A stretch of DNA of 64,000 nt from Dehalococcoidia bacterium (lineage in GTDB: Bacteria > Chloroflexota > Dehalococcoidia > Bin125): positions 1,156,537-1,220,536 of the forward strand of contig CBDHGH010000003.1 of NCBI GenBank assembly GCA_965263065.1, in the 5' to 3' direction. How positions within the stretch are numbered: the first letter of the stretch is position 1; each line of letters begins with the position of its first letter. The notes beneath the pieces are model-generated. The model ran no database searches and was not told the DNA's origin. It worked only from the letters and a program-made list of their open reading frames with translations. Shown one piece after another: positions 28,383 through 35,874 of the stretch. Made by a program: the position numbers and the translations under genes.

Positions 28383-29228
28383 ATGGCTACCGCGCCGGCT
28401 GCCGCACCCCTGCTTCCCGTCGATCCGCCCCGCCGCGCGACCTTCGCCCACGCGACCGCCTTCGTCGCCGGCTTCTCGGTGGTCTTCGTGGTGCTGGGCG
28501 CGTCGCTGGGGGTCGTGGGCTTCGCGCTGCAGGAGCAGATGATTTGGTTCCAGCGCGTGGCCGGGGTGGCGCTGATCATCCTCGGCCTGCACCTGGCCGA
28601 GCTGATCACCATCCCCTTCCTCTGGCGCACCTACCAGTTCGGCGCCGATGGACCCCCGCCGGCGACGCCGGCCGCCCCCCGCGGTCGCCTGCGCAAGTAC
28701 GGCCACTCGCTGTTCGTCGGCTCCGCCTTCTCGCTCGGCTGGACGCCCTGCGTGGGGCCGATCCTGGCCGGCATCCTGACGCTCGCCGCCGACGGCGCCT
28801 CCGTCGCGCAGGGCACGCTGCTGCTGCTCTTCTACGCCGCCGGCCTGGGCATCCCCTTCCTCATCGTTGGCGCCGCCCTGGGGTCGGCGACGGCCCTGCT
28901 GCGCCGGCTGGGCCCGTACATGTCGCTCATCTCCATCGCCAGCGGCGTGCTGCTGGTCTTCATGGGCATGCTGATCGTCCTCGACAACGTGCGCGTCCTC
29001 AACGACAGCTTCACCTTCATCCCCAGCACCGAGGACACGGGCGCCGCGACGGTGACGGGCGCGTTCGGCTTCGGCATCGCCTTCCTGGGCGGGCTGCTGT
29101 CGTTCCTGTCCCCGTGCGTGCTGCCGCTGGTGCCCGTCTACCTGGGCCACCTGGCGGGCGTCGGCGCGCAGGAGGCGTCGCGGCAGGCGCAGCGCGACGC
29201 CGCCGCGCCGCCCCTCGGGGCGGGCTGA
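28383..29228 (+). CDS. ccdA: cytochrome c-type biogenesis protein CcdA (DsbD-family transmembrane thiol-disulfide electron carrier)
   Basis: Six TM helices and both conserved Cys (LGWTPCVGPILAG and LSFLSPCVLPLVPVY). The ATG at ~28383 follows GGAGGG. Confidence 0.8.
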   Translation: MATAPAAAPLLPVDPPRRATFAHATAFVAGFSVVFVVLGASLGVVGFALQEQMIWFQRVAGVALIILGLHLAELITIPFLWRTYQFGADGPPPATPAAPRGRLRKYGHSLFVGSAFSLGWTPCVGPILAGILTLAADGASVAQGTLLLLFYAAGLGIPFLIVGAALGSATALLRRLGPYMSLISIASGVLLVFMGMLIVLDNVRVLNDSFTFIPSTEDTGAATVTGAFGFGIAFLGGLLSFLSPCVLPLVPVYLGHLAGVGAQEASRQAQRDAAAPPLGAG

Positions 29229-29308
29229 GTCAGCCGCCGTTGAAGCGCGGCAGGCCCTTGCGCCGCCCGCGCCTCGACAACATTTGCCAAGCTGTCTAGC
29301 ATTGCCGT

Positions 29309-29548
29309 ATGAGGACGATGAACATCTCGCTCCCCGCGGCCCTCCGATCCTTCGTGGAGCGGCAGGTCAGCGCCCGCAGTTACAGCTCGTTAAGCGAGTA
29401 CGTCCGCGAGTTGATCCGCAAGGACCGGGATCGCCAGCGCCTGCACGATCTGCTCCTCAAAGGCGCGGCGTCGCCGCCGGCGGTCACCGCCGATGCCGAC
29501 TACATCGGCCGGCTTCGCGATCAGGTCCGCGAAGCCAACCAGCGGTGA
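29309..29548 (+). CDS. parD: type II antitoxin, ParD/CopG (ribbon-helix-helix) family
   Basis: 79 aa, MRTMNISLPAALRSFVERQVSARSYSSLSEYVRELIRKD. Its stop overlaps the start of the downstream toxin gene. Confidence 0.8.
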   Translation: MRTMNISLPAALRSFVERQVSARSYSSLSEYVRELIRKDRDRQRLHDLLLKGAASPPAVTADADYIGRLRDQVREANQR

Positions 29549-29904
29549 CCGAAAAACCGATCGTCCTTCGCGAGCGGGCCCTGCGCGATGTCGAGGCGGC
29601 CGTCGAGCACTATCTGGCCCTGGCGCCGCCGGCCCTGGCGCCGGCGGCCCTAGCGCCGGCGGCCGCCGCGCTCGCCTTCATCGACGCGCTGGACGCCGCC
29701 TTCCAGCGGATGCGCGAGCAGCCTGGAAGCGGTGAGCCCCGTTATGCGCGAGAACTGGATCTCTCCGGCCTGCGCACGACGCTCGTGACCGGGTTCCCGT
29801 ACCTCGTCTTCTACGTTGCGGGGGAGGCGGACATCGACGTCTGGAGGATCCTGCATGCAGCGCCGGACATCCCGGCGTGGCCGCAGGATCCACTCGAGGA
29901 CTGA
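29545..29904 (+). CDS. parE: type II toxin, ParE/RelE family, with an internal Ala/Pro tandem-repeat insertion
   Basis: GTG start overlapping the parD TGA. The C-terminus ...LVTGFPYLVFYVAGEADIDVWRILHAAPDIPAWP is ParE-like. The N-terminal third contains PPALAPAALAPAAAALA, encoded by ~15-nt tandem repeats. Confidence 0.6.
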   Translation: MTEKPIVLRERALRDVEAAVEHYLALAPPALAPAALAPAAAALAFIDALDAAFQRMREQPGSGEPRYARELDLSGLRTTLVTGFPYLVFYVAGEADIDVWRILHAAPDIPAWPQDPLED

Positions 29905-29976
29905 TCCTGGGCGCCGGCCGGTACGCTGCGGCCATCCGACCCACCCCATCGGACCCAGCGAGGAAAGGACCGTGCG

Positions 29977-30339
29977 ATGTTCGTCGCCATGAACCGATTC
30001 CGCGTCGTGCCCGCGCGCGAGCGCGATTGGGAGCGCATCTGGAAGGAGCGCGAGACCTACCTCGAGGCCGTCCCCGGCTTCGTGCAGTTCGCGCTGCTGC
30101 GCGGCGACGACGAGGGCGACTACGTCAGCCACAGCATCTGGCGCGACCGCGCCGCCTTCGAGGCCTGGACCCGCTCCGACGCCTTCCGCAAGGGCCACGC
30201 GCAGGGATCGCTGGAGGGCGTGCTGGCCGGCCCGCCGCAACTCGGCCTCTTCCAGGCCGTCATCCATGAGGCCCCCGGCGGCCTGCGCGAGGTCGACGAC
30301 AGCGACCCCGTGCCCGGCCGCCGCGGCCCCCGCCACTGA
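29977..30339 (+). CDS. antibiotic-biosynthesis-monooxygenase (ABM) family protein
   Basis: 120 aa, MFVAMNRFRVVPARERDWERIW...FVQFALLRG..HSIW, a typical ABM fold signature. Confidence 0.7.
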   Translation: MFVAMNRFRVVPARERDWERIWKERETYLEAVPGFVQFALLRGDDEGDYVSHSIWRDRAAFEAWTRSDAFRKGHAQGSLEGVLAGPPQLGLFQAVIHEAPGGLREVDDSDPVPGRRGPRH

Positions 30340-30350
30340 CGCGCACCCTG

Positions 30351-30920
30351 CTAGCCGAAGCGCGGCGTCTCGGGGTCGGCGAGCGCGGCCTCGCCGTCGC
30401 GCGGCAGAACGTCGAGGTGGTTCAGCGCCGCGTCGACGTCGCCCTGCCACTGCTCGGCCGGCAGCGAGTACAGCAACTCCACGCCGTGCCCGTCGGGGTC
30501 CTCGACGTAGACGCTGTGGCTGGTGCCGTGGTTGACCCGGCTGCCGAACTCGACCCCCGCCGCCTGCAGGCGTCGCAGCTGCGCCAGCCAGGCCGCCTGA
30601 TCGCCGTACTCGACCGCCAGATGGTTGAGCCCCGGCCCCCGCGACGCCGCCTCCGCCTCCGCCTCGGCGGCCCCGTCGGGCAGCTGCATCAGCGCCACGT
30701 CGTGATGGTTGCCGCCGCGGCCGGCGTAGAAGCGCATCCGCCGCGCCCGCGACGGGTCCGACTCCGCCACCTGACGGAAGCCCAGCACGTCGGTCCAGAA
30801 CCCGTGCGCGCGCTCGAGATCGCGCACGTTGAGCACGATGTGGTTGAGACCGACCGGCCCGGGCGGGGCTGATCCTGCGCCGGCCTCCGGGCCGGCGTCC
30901 AGCGTTGGGTTTCTGGGCAT
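30351..30920 (-). CDS. VOC (glyoxalase/bleomycin-resistance/extradiol dioxygenase) family protein
   Basis: LNHIVLNVRDLERAHGFWTDVLGF ... LNHLAVEY ... HSVYVEDPDGHGVEL, two beta-alpha-beta-beta-beta modules. Confidence 0.75.
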   Translation of the reverse strand: MPRNPTLDAGPEAGAGSAPPGPVGLNHIVLNVRDLERAHGFWTDVLGFRQVAESDPSRARRMRFYAGRGGNHHDVALMQLPDGAAEAEAEAASRGPGLNHLAVEYGDQAAWLAQLRRLQAAGVEFGSRVNHGTSHSVYVEDPDGHGVELLYSLPAEQWQGDVDAALNHLDVLPRDGEAALADPETPRFG

Positions 30921-31044
30921 GACGACTCCTCGCGGGCATCCGGTCGGCGCCTCGGGCGCGACCGTTTGCCGGCAGTTTAGCCCAGCGCCCGTGCGGCGGC
31001 GCGCCTGGGTTGCGGCCGCGTGCGGATGGTCGGGCGCCCCGACG

Positions 31045-31938
31045 CTAGCGCACGTGGCGCAGGCGCGGATCGAGGGCGTCGCGGAGCCAATCGCCCATCA
31101 GGTTGCCGGTCAGCGAGATCGTCAGCAGGGCCAGGCCCGGCAGCCAGATGGGCCACCAGGCGACGTTCATGAAGTCCCGGCCCTCCGAGATCATCACCCC
31201 CCACGACGGCGTGCCCGGCGGCGCGCCCACGGTCAGGAAGCTCAGCGCCGCCTCGGCCAGGATCACCAGCGCCACCTCCAGCGTCATGATGATCACGACG
31301 GTGTTGACGACGTTCGGGAACAGGTGCCGGCGCATGATCCAGACGGGGCCTGCCCCGGTCGCCCGCGATGCCGTGACGAAGTCGCGCTCCTTGAGCGTGA
31401 GCACGTCGGCGCGCACCAGCCGCGCGTACGCGGGCCAGGTCCAGATCAGCAGGATGATGATCACGTTGCGCAGGCTGGGCCCGACCAGGGCCGCCAGCAG
31501 CACCGCGAACAGGATGCCCGGCATGGCCAGCTGCACGTCGACCAGGCGCATCAGCAGTTGGCCGGTGAGGCCGCCCGCCCAGCCCGAGATCAGCCCCACC
31601 AGCGTCCCGAGCAGCGCCGCGCCCGGCACCACGGCCCCGACGACGATCAAGGAGATCCGCGCGCCGTACAGCAGCCGGCTGAAGATGTCCCGCCCCACTT
31701 GGTCGGTGCCCAGGAAGTAGTCCCAGCTGCCCCCGGCGAAGACGGGCGGCTCCAAGCGCCCGCCCAGGTTGATGAACTCCGGGTCGTGCGGCGCCAGCCA
31801 GTTCGCCCCCAGGCCCGCGACGAGCAGCGCCAGCGCGATCGCGCCGGGCACGGACAGCCCCAGCCAGCGCCGCCAGCGGATGCCGCGCCGCCGCTGCGCC
31901 AGGGGCGTCGCCGTCTGGCCCGCCGCTTGGCCCGCCAT
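31045..31938 (-). CDS. ABC transporter permease (DppC-like), copy B
   Basis: 297 aa, paralogue of 21395..22300 (~90 % nucleotide identity). Confidence 0.85.
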   Translation of the reverse strand: MAGQAAGQTATPLAQRRRGIRWRRWLGLSVPGAIALALLVAGLGANWLAPHDPEFINLGGRLEPPVFAGGSWDYFLGTDQVGRDIFSRLLYGARISLIVVGAVVPGAALLGTLVGLISGWAGGLTGQLLMRLVDVQLAMPGILFAVLLAALVGPSLRNVIIILLIWTWPAYARLVRADVLTLKERDFVTASRATGAGPVWIMRRHLFPNVVNTVVIIMTLEVALVILAEAALSFLTVGAPPGTPSWGVMISEGRDFMNVAWWPIWLPGLALLTISLTGNLMGDWLRDALDPRLRHVR

Positions 31939-32876
31939 CAGGCGGCCCCCGCCCGGATGCGCGGGTCGATCAGCCGGTACGACACGTCGACCAGCAGGTT
32001 CACGACCGCGATCGAGGCCGCCAGCACGATGATCGAGGCCTGCACCATCGGGAAGTCGTTCTTGAAGATCGAGTCGACGATCAGCCGGCCGACCCCGGGC
32101 CAGGCGAACACCATCTCGATGATCACCGAGCCGCCGATCAACCGGCCCAGCGAGAGGCCCAGCATCGTCACGACCGGCAGCAGCGCGTGCCGCACGGCGT
32201 GCCGCCCGATGACCACCCGCTCGCTCAGCCCCTTGGCCCGCGCCGTGCGAATGAAGTCGGTGTCCATGACCTCGATCATCCCCGAGCGGGTGAGCCGCAT
32301 GATCGCGACCAATTCAAACAGGCCGAGTGCGATCGCGGGCAGGATCAACGAGCGGAAGCCCGCGTCTTCACCGCCGGTCGGGAACCAGCCCAACTGGACG
32401 GCGAAGAAGAAGATCATCATCAGGCCCAGCCAGAAGCTCGGCGTGGCCTGCCCGATCACCGCCACGAAGCGCGCCAGCCAGTCGATGACCGTGCCCCGCT
32501 TCAACGCCGCGAGGATGCCCAGCGGGACCGCCAGCGCGAGCGCGAACACCACGCCCGCCACCCCCAGCTTGAGCGTGCTCACCGCCCGGTCGCCGATCGC
32601 GGCGAGCGCCGGCGTGCCCCCGCCCAGCCACGAACTCCCGAAGTCGCCTTGCGCCAACTTCCCCAGGAAGATGGCGTATTGGACGTGGAGCGGGTGGTGC
32701 AGCCCGAGATCCTCCCGCAGGCGCTCGACGGCTTCGGGCCGTCGCTGGTCGGGCGCCAGCAGGGTCGCCTCGGGATTGCCCACGAGGCGCGAAACGAAGA
32801 AGACGGTCGTCGCGACGATGAAGACGACGAAGAACGCCTGGACCAGCCGGATCGCGAAGTAGCTCCAGAACTGCAT
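31938..32876 (-). CDS. ABC transporter permease (DppB-like), copy B
   Basis: MQFWSYFAIRLVQAFF... The start is the internal ATG; the ORF extension to 32930 starts at TTG. ATGA overlap with the downstream permease. Confidence 0.85.
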   Translation of the reverse strand: MQFWSYFAIRLVQAFFVVFIVATTVFFVSRLVGNPEATLLAPDQRRPEAVERLREDLGLHHPLHVQYAIFLGKLAQGDFGSSWLGGGTPALAAIGDRAVSTLKLGVAGVVFALALAVPLGILAALKRGTVIDWLARFVAVIGQATPSFWLGLMMIFFFAVQLGWFPTGGEDAGFRSLILPAIALGLFELVAIMRLTRSGMIEVMDTDFIRTARAKGLSERVVIGRHAVRHALLPVVTMLGLSLGRLIGGSVIIEMVFAWPGVGRLIVDSIFKNDFPMVQASIIVLAASIAVVNLLVDVSYRLIDPRIRAGAA

Positions 32877-32934
32877 CAGTCCCCCTGCGGTGCGGGCGCT
32901 GGTGGTCCGGCGGCAGTGTAGCGGAGGCAACCAT

Positions 32935-33210
32935 GCCGGCGGGCCGCCGGAATCTGACCCCCGAACCGAACCCCCTCTCCGTTGCAGAGCATAGGAGAGG
33001 GAATCGGATCCCCTCTCCCCAGGGGAGAGGGTGAGGGTGAGGGGGACCCGGCGCCCGCGCCCCTGTCCCCCTCTCCATCCTTCTGGATGGAGAGGGAATC
33101 GGATCCCCTCTCCCCCTTGGGGGAGAGGGTTCGGGTGAGGGGGTCTCCGCGACCGCGGACCCTCACCCTAGCCCTCTCCCAGGGGGAGAGGGGACCGGAG
33201 GTTCCGGCGC
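32935..33210. repeat. second cluster of CCCCTCTCC/GGAGAGGGG palindromic hairpin repeats (REP-like)
   Basis: At least six hairpins, for example CCCCTCTCCCC-A-GGGGAGAGGG, CCCTCTCCATCC-TTCT-GGATGGAGAGGG, CCCCTCTCCCCC-TT-GGGGGAGAGGG and GGGTGAGGG...CCCTCACCC. The position (SBP to DppB intergenic) matches 16110..16360. Confidence 0.75.
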
Positions 33211-33211
33211 C

Positions 33212-35446
33212 TTAGGTGGCCTTGCGCCGCTGGATGGCGTAGGCCGAGCCGCCCCACGCGAAGCCGGTGCTCCCGCCCTTGGGCCAGTTGACGTCCGCCG
33301 GGGTTAGCACCGCGTCCGGCGCCTCGACGATGAAGATGAGCCACGCTTGGCGCGCGTGCTCCAGCATCAGTTCCGCGGTCATCGCGCTGCGCCGTGCGGG
33401 ATCGAGCTCGGCGCGCTGTGCGAGGTACAGCTCGTGCAGGGCCGGATCCATAACCCCCTCGCCGCCGAGCTTCGTGAAGTAGGATTCGGGCCCGACGCAG
33501 CAATCCCACATCGATCCGATGTCGCGGACGATGTTGGCCCACATCCAATAGAGGCCCACCGGGCGGTCGCGGCCGCCGACGAGGTAGGCGTCGGAGAAGT
33601 ACTCGGAGACGAGGGCCGCCTCCGGCTGCGTGCGGATGCCGATCGCGGCCAGGTCCTGGGCCACGGCCGGCACCATGTCCGCCATGGCCTGGCCGCCCCA
33701 GTCGGTCGTCCAGTACAGCGGAACCTCGAAGCCGTCCGCGTAGCCGGCCTCCGCCATCAACTGCCGCGCCAGTTCGGGGTCGTAGTGGTACTCGACTTCC
33801 GCCCGCTGCTCCGGGGTCGGGTAGCCGTACACGCCGGCGAACGTGAACAGAGGATAGTGGCCCTGGCCGAGCAGGAGGTTGTCGATGATGGCTTGGCGGT
33901 TGATCGCGTGGTTCGCGGCCCGGCGGACGCGGAAGTCGAGGAACGGGTTCGGGCTGCCGTCCGGCATCGTCTGGGGGTACAGGTTGGGATAGAGCACCTG
34001 GATGGCCGCCCCGTTGATGCCGGGTTGGTATTGCACCGTGAAGTCGGGGTCGTCCAGGTACGGCTGCACGTTGTTGGGGCCCAGGTCCGGCACCACGTCG
34101 ATCTCCCCGGCCTCGAGGCCGGCCAGCTGCGACTGGATCTCGGGCCGCACCACGACCCGCTGGTGCTTGTGGTGGGCGTAGCGCGACACGACGACGGGAT
34201 GGTCGACCGGGAGGAAGTGCTCCTCGAAGCGCTCGAAGACGAAGTCCGTGTCGTCTTCGTGGCTGACGAAGCGGAAGGGGCCAGTACCCATCGGTGAGGT
34301 GTCCATCGCGAGGTCGCCGCGCGCCTCCGTGTCCGCCTGCGACATGATGACGACCTCGCCGGTCCCGGCCAGGTTGACGACGAAGAAGCCCGCATCGGGC
34401 AACGGCAACTCGATCGACCAGGTGCGGTCGTCCACGGCCTCGTTGCGGACCCAGTTCGCGGAGCTCCGGCCGAAGTTCGAGGGGGTCCAGCCGCTGGGGT
34501 GATCGGTCGTCTCGCCGCCCTGGTGGTAGGCGGCCTTCCCGGCCATGCGGTCGTAGCTGAACACGATGTCGTGGGCGGTGAGGATCGAGCCGTCGTGGAA
34601 CGGCGCCGGCACCACCGACGCCACGATCGACGTTTGGTCGACCCACTCCGGCGCGGCGAGATGCGGGATCGCCACGGCGGCGGCGGGCTCCCATTCCATG
34701 GTCGGACTGAAGACGGCGCCGTGCGAGTACTGGTTCGTCTTGCTGCCGGTCCGCATCTGGTCCAGCCCCCCCGCGTCGGAGGGGACCACCGGGATGATCG
34801 TGGCGTCCAGGTCGACCTGGTCGAGCGGCCAGGGCACGGAGAAGTCCTCGGTGTCGCCCAGGACGGCGACGGCGGCGACGGCTTCGACGGCCTCGCGGGC
34901 TGCGTCGGCGGCCTCCTCGGCGGCCGTGGCGGCGACCGCCGCGGCCTCAGCGGCGGCCTGGGCCGCGGCGGCGGCGGCGGCCGTGTCCTCGGCGCCCACC
35001 TCCCGCGCGGCGGCGGCCGCGGCCCCGGCGGCATCGGCGGCCGCCTGCGCGACGGCCGCGGCGCCCGCGTCCCCCGCGGCCCGGGCCGCGTCGGCGGCGT
35101 CGGCCGCGGCGTCGGCGGCGGCCTGAGCGGCGGCGGCCGCGGCCGCGGCGTCATCGGAGCTGGCGGCTTCGGCCGCCATCGCGGAGGCGGCTTCGGCGGC
35201 TTCGGCGGCGCGGCCCGCGGCATCGGCGGCGTCGCTCGCGGCCTCCGCCGCAGCCGCGGCGTCGCCCGCGGCGGCGTCGATCGCCGACGTATCGACCGCG
35301 GCCGGCGCGGCGTCATCGTCGTCGTCGCCGCAGCCGACCAAGGCGAGGCCGGCGGCCCCAACCCCAGCCTTCGCGCTGGCTCCCAACATGGTGCGGCGTG
35401 AGATCTTCCGCTGTCGCAGGGTCGTCCAATAGTTGCGGTCGCTCAT
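33212..35446 (-). CDS. ABC transporter substrate-binding lipoprotein (family 5) with Tat signal and ~250-aa poly-Ala/acidic linker, paralogue 3
   Basis: The signal peptide is identical to paralogue 2 (MSDRNYWTTLRQRKISRRTML...LVGCGDDDDD). An Ala/Asp/Glu-rich linker of ~250 aa follows, then an SBP domain closely related to paralogue 2. The ATG at 35446 is confirmed. Confidence 0.85.
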   Translation of the reverse strand: MSDRNYWTTLRQRKISRRTMLGASAKAGVGAAGLALVGCGDDDDDAAPAAVDTSAIDAAAGDAAAAAEAASDAADAAGRAAEAAEAASAMAAEAASSDDAAAAAAAAQAAADAAADAADAARAAGDAGAAAVAQAAADAAGAAAAAAREVGAEDTAAAAAAAQAAAEAAAVAATAAEEAADAAREAVEAVAAVAVLGDTEDFSVPWPLDQVDLDATIIPVVPSDAGGLDQMRTGSKTNQYSHGAVFSPTMEWEPAAAVAIPHLAAPEWVDQTSIVASVVPAPFHDGSILTAHDIVFSYDRMAGKAAYHQGGETTDHPSGWTPSNFGRSSANWVRNEAVDDRTWSIELPLPDAGFFVVNLAGTGEVVIMSQADTEARGDLAMDTSPMGTGPFRFVSHEDDTDFVFERFEEHFLPVDHPVVVSRYAHHKHQRVVVRPEIQSQLAGLEAGEIDVVPDLGPNNVQPYLDDPDFTVQYQPGINGAAIQVLYPNLYPQTMPDGSPNPFLDFRVRRAANHAINRQAIIDNLLLGQGHYPLFTFAGVYGYPTPEQRAEVEYHYDPELARQLMAEAGYADGFEVPLYWTTDWGGQAMADMVPAVAQDLAAIGIRTQPEAALVSEYFSDAYLVGGRDRPVGLYWMWANIVRDIGSMWDCCVGPESYFTKLGGEGVMDPALHELYLAQRAELDPARRSAMTAELMLEHARQAWLIFIVEAPDAVLTPADVNWPKGGSTGFAWGGSAYAIQRRKAT

Positions 35447-35600
35447 CACATGTTCCCTTCTGGTCCCCGGCTGTCCCGTTGTGGGATCACTCGGTGCGTG
35501 AGCACGCACAGTATGGCAGGTTAAGCGAGTACCCGTCACTCTCGTTATGTCACATAGAAAAGAACTATTGATGCTTCCATGGAATTTATCGGTGCCGGGC
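35447..35600 (-). promoter_or_regulatory. conserved structured 5' leader / promoter of SBP paralogue 3 (copy of 26728..26880)
   Basis: Near-identical to the SBP2 leader with a few substitutions. It carries the same AT-richer box and the GAAGGGAA Shine-Dalgarno. Confidence 0.6.
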
Positions 35601-35870
35601 GCCGGAACCTCACCCCCTAACCTCCTCTCCATTGCCGAGCAACGGAGCGGCGGGATCGGAGGGGAGAGGGGGCTAGGCGGTGGCGCCGACCCCGGACTCT
35701 CGCCCCCATTGCCCTTCCGGTCCCCCCTCTCCAGCGCTTCAGCTGGAGAGGGGGCTAGGGGGTGAGGTTCCCCCGCCGGTCCCCCCTCTCCATCGCTTCC
35801 GATGGAGAGCCCCAGGCGCGCGACCGCACCCCGTCGTATCGGAAGTCAGGGGGTGAGGTCGGGCCGTGCG
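35590..35870. repeat. third cluster of CCCCTCTCC/GGAGAGGGG palindromic hairpin repeats
   Basis: Examples: CCCCCCTCTCCAGCGCTTCAGCTGGAGAGGGGG (13-bp stem) and CCCCCCTCTCCATCG-CTTCC-GATGGAGAG. It lies between the SBP3 promoter and the 3' end of cysN. Confidence 0.7.
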
Positions 35871-35874
35871 GCGG

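Noticed and set aside
26943-29150. Single 735-aa minus-strand ORF
   Set aside because: It is a concatenation artefact. The region resolves into two real overlapping genes (DUF2064 26943..27641, GT2 27641..28321) plus antisense sequence of ccdA.
29650-30939. 429-aa minus-strand ORF across parE/ABM/VOC
   Set aside because: It is antisense to three independently supported genes. Only the last 190 codons (30351..30920, the VOC protein) are real, and that is called separately.
32982-33215. 77-aa ORF 'MQSIGEGIGSPLPRGEGEGEGDPAPAPLSPSPSFWMERESDPLSPLGERVRVRG...' and similar short ORFs at 16101..16442
   Set aside because: They are translations of the palindromic repeat clusters (hence the PLSP/GERG peptide repeats). 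They have no Shine-Dalgarno and are intergenic.
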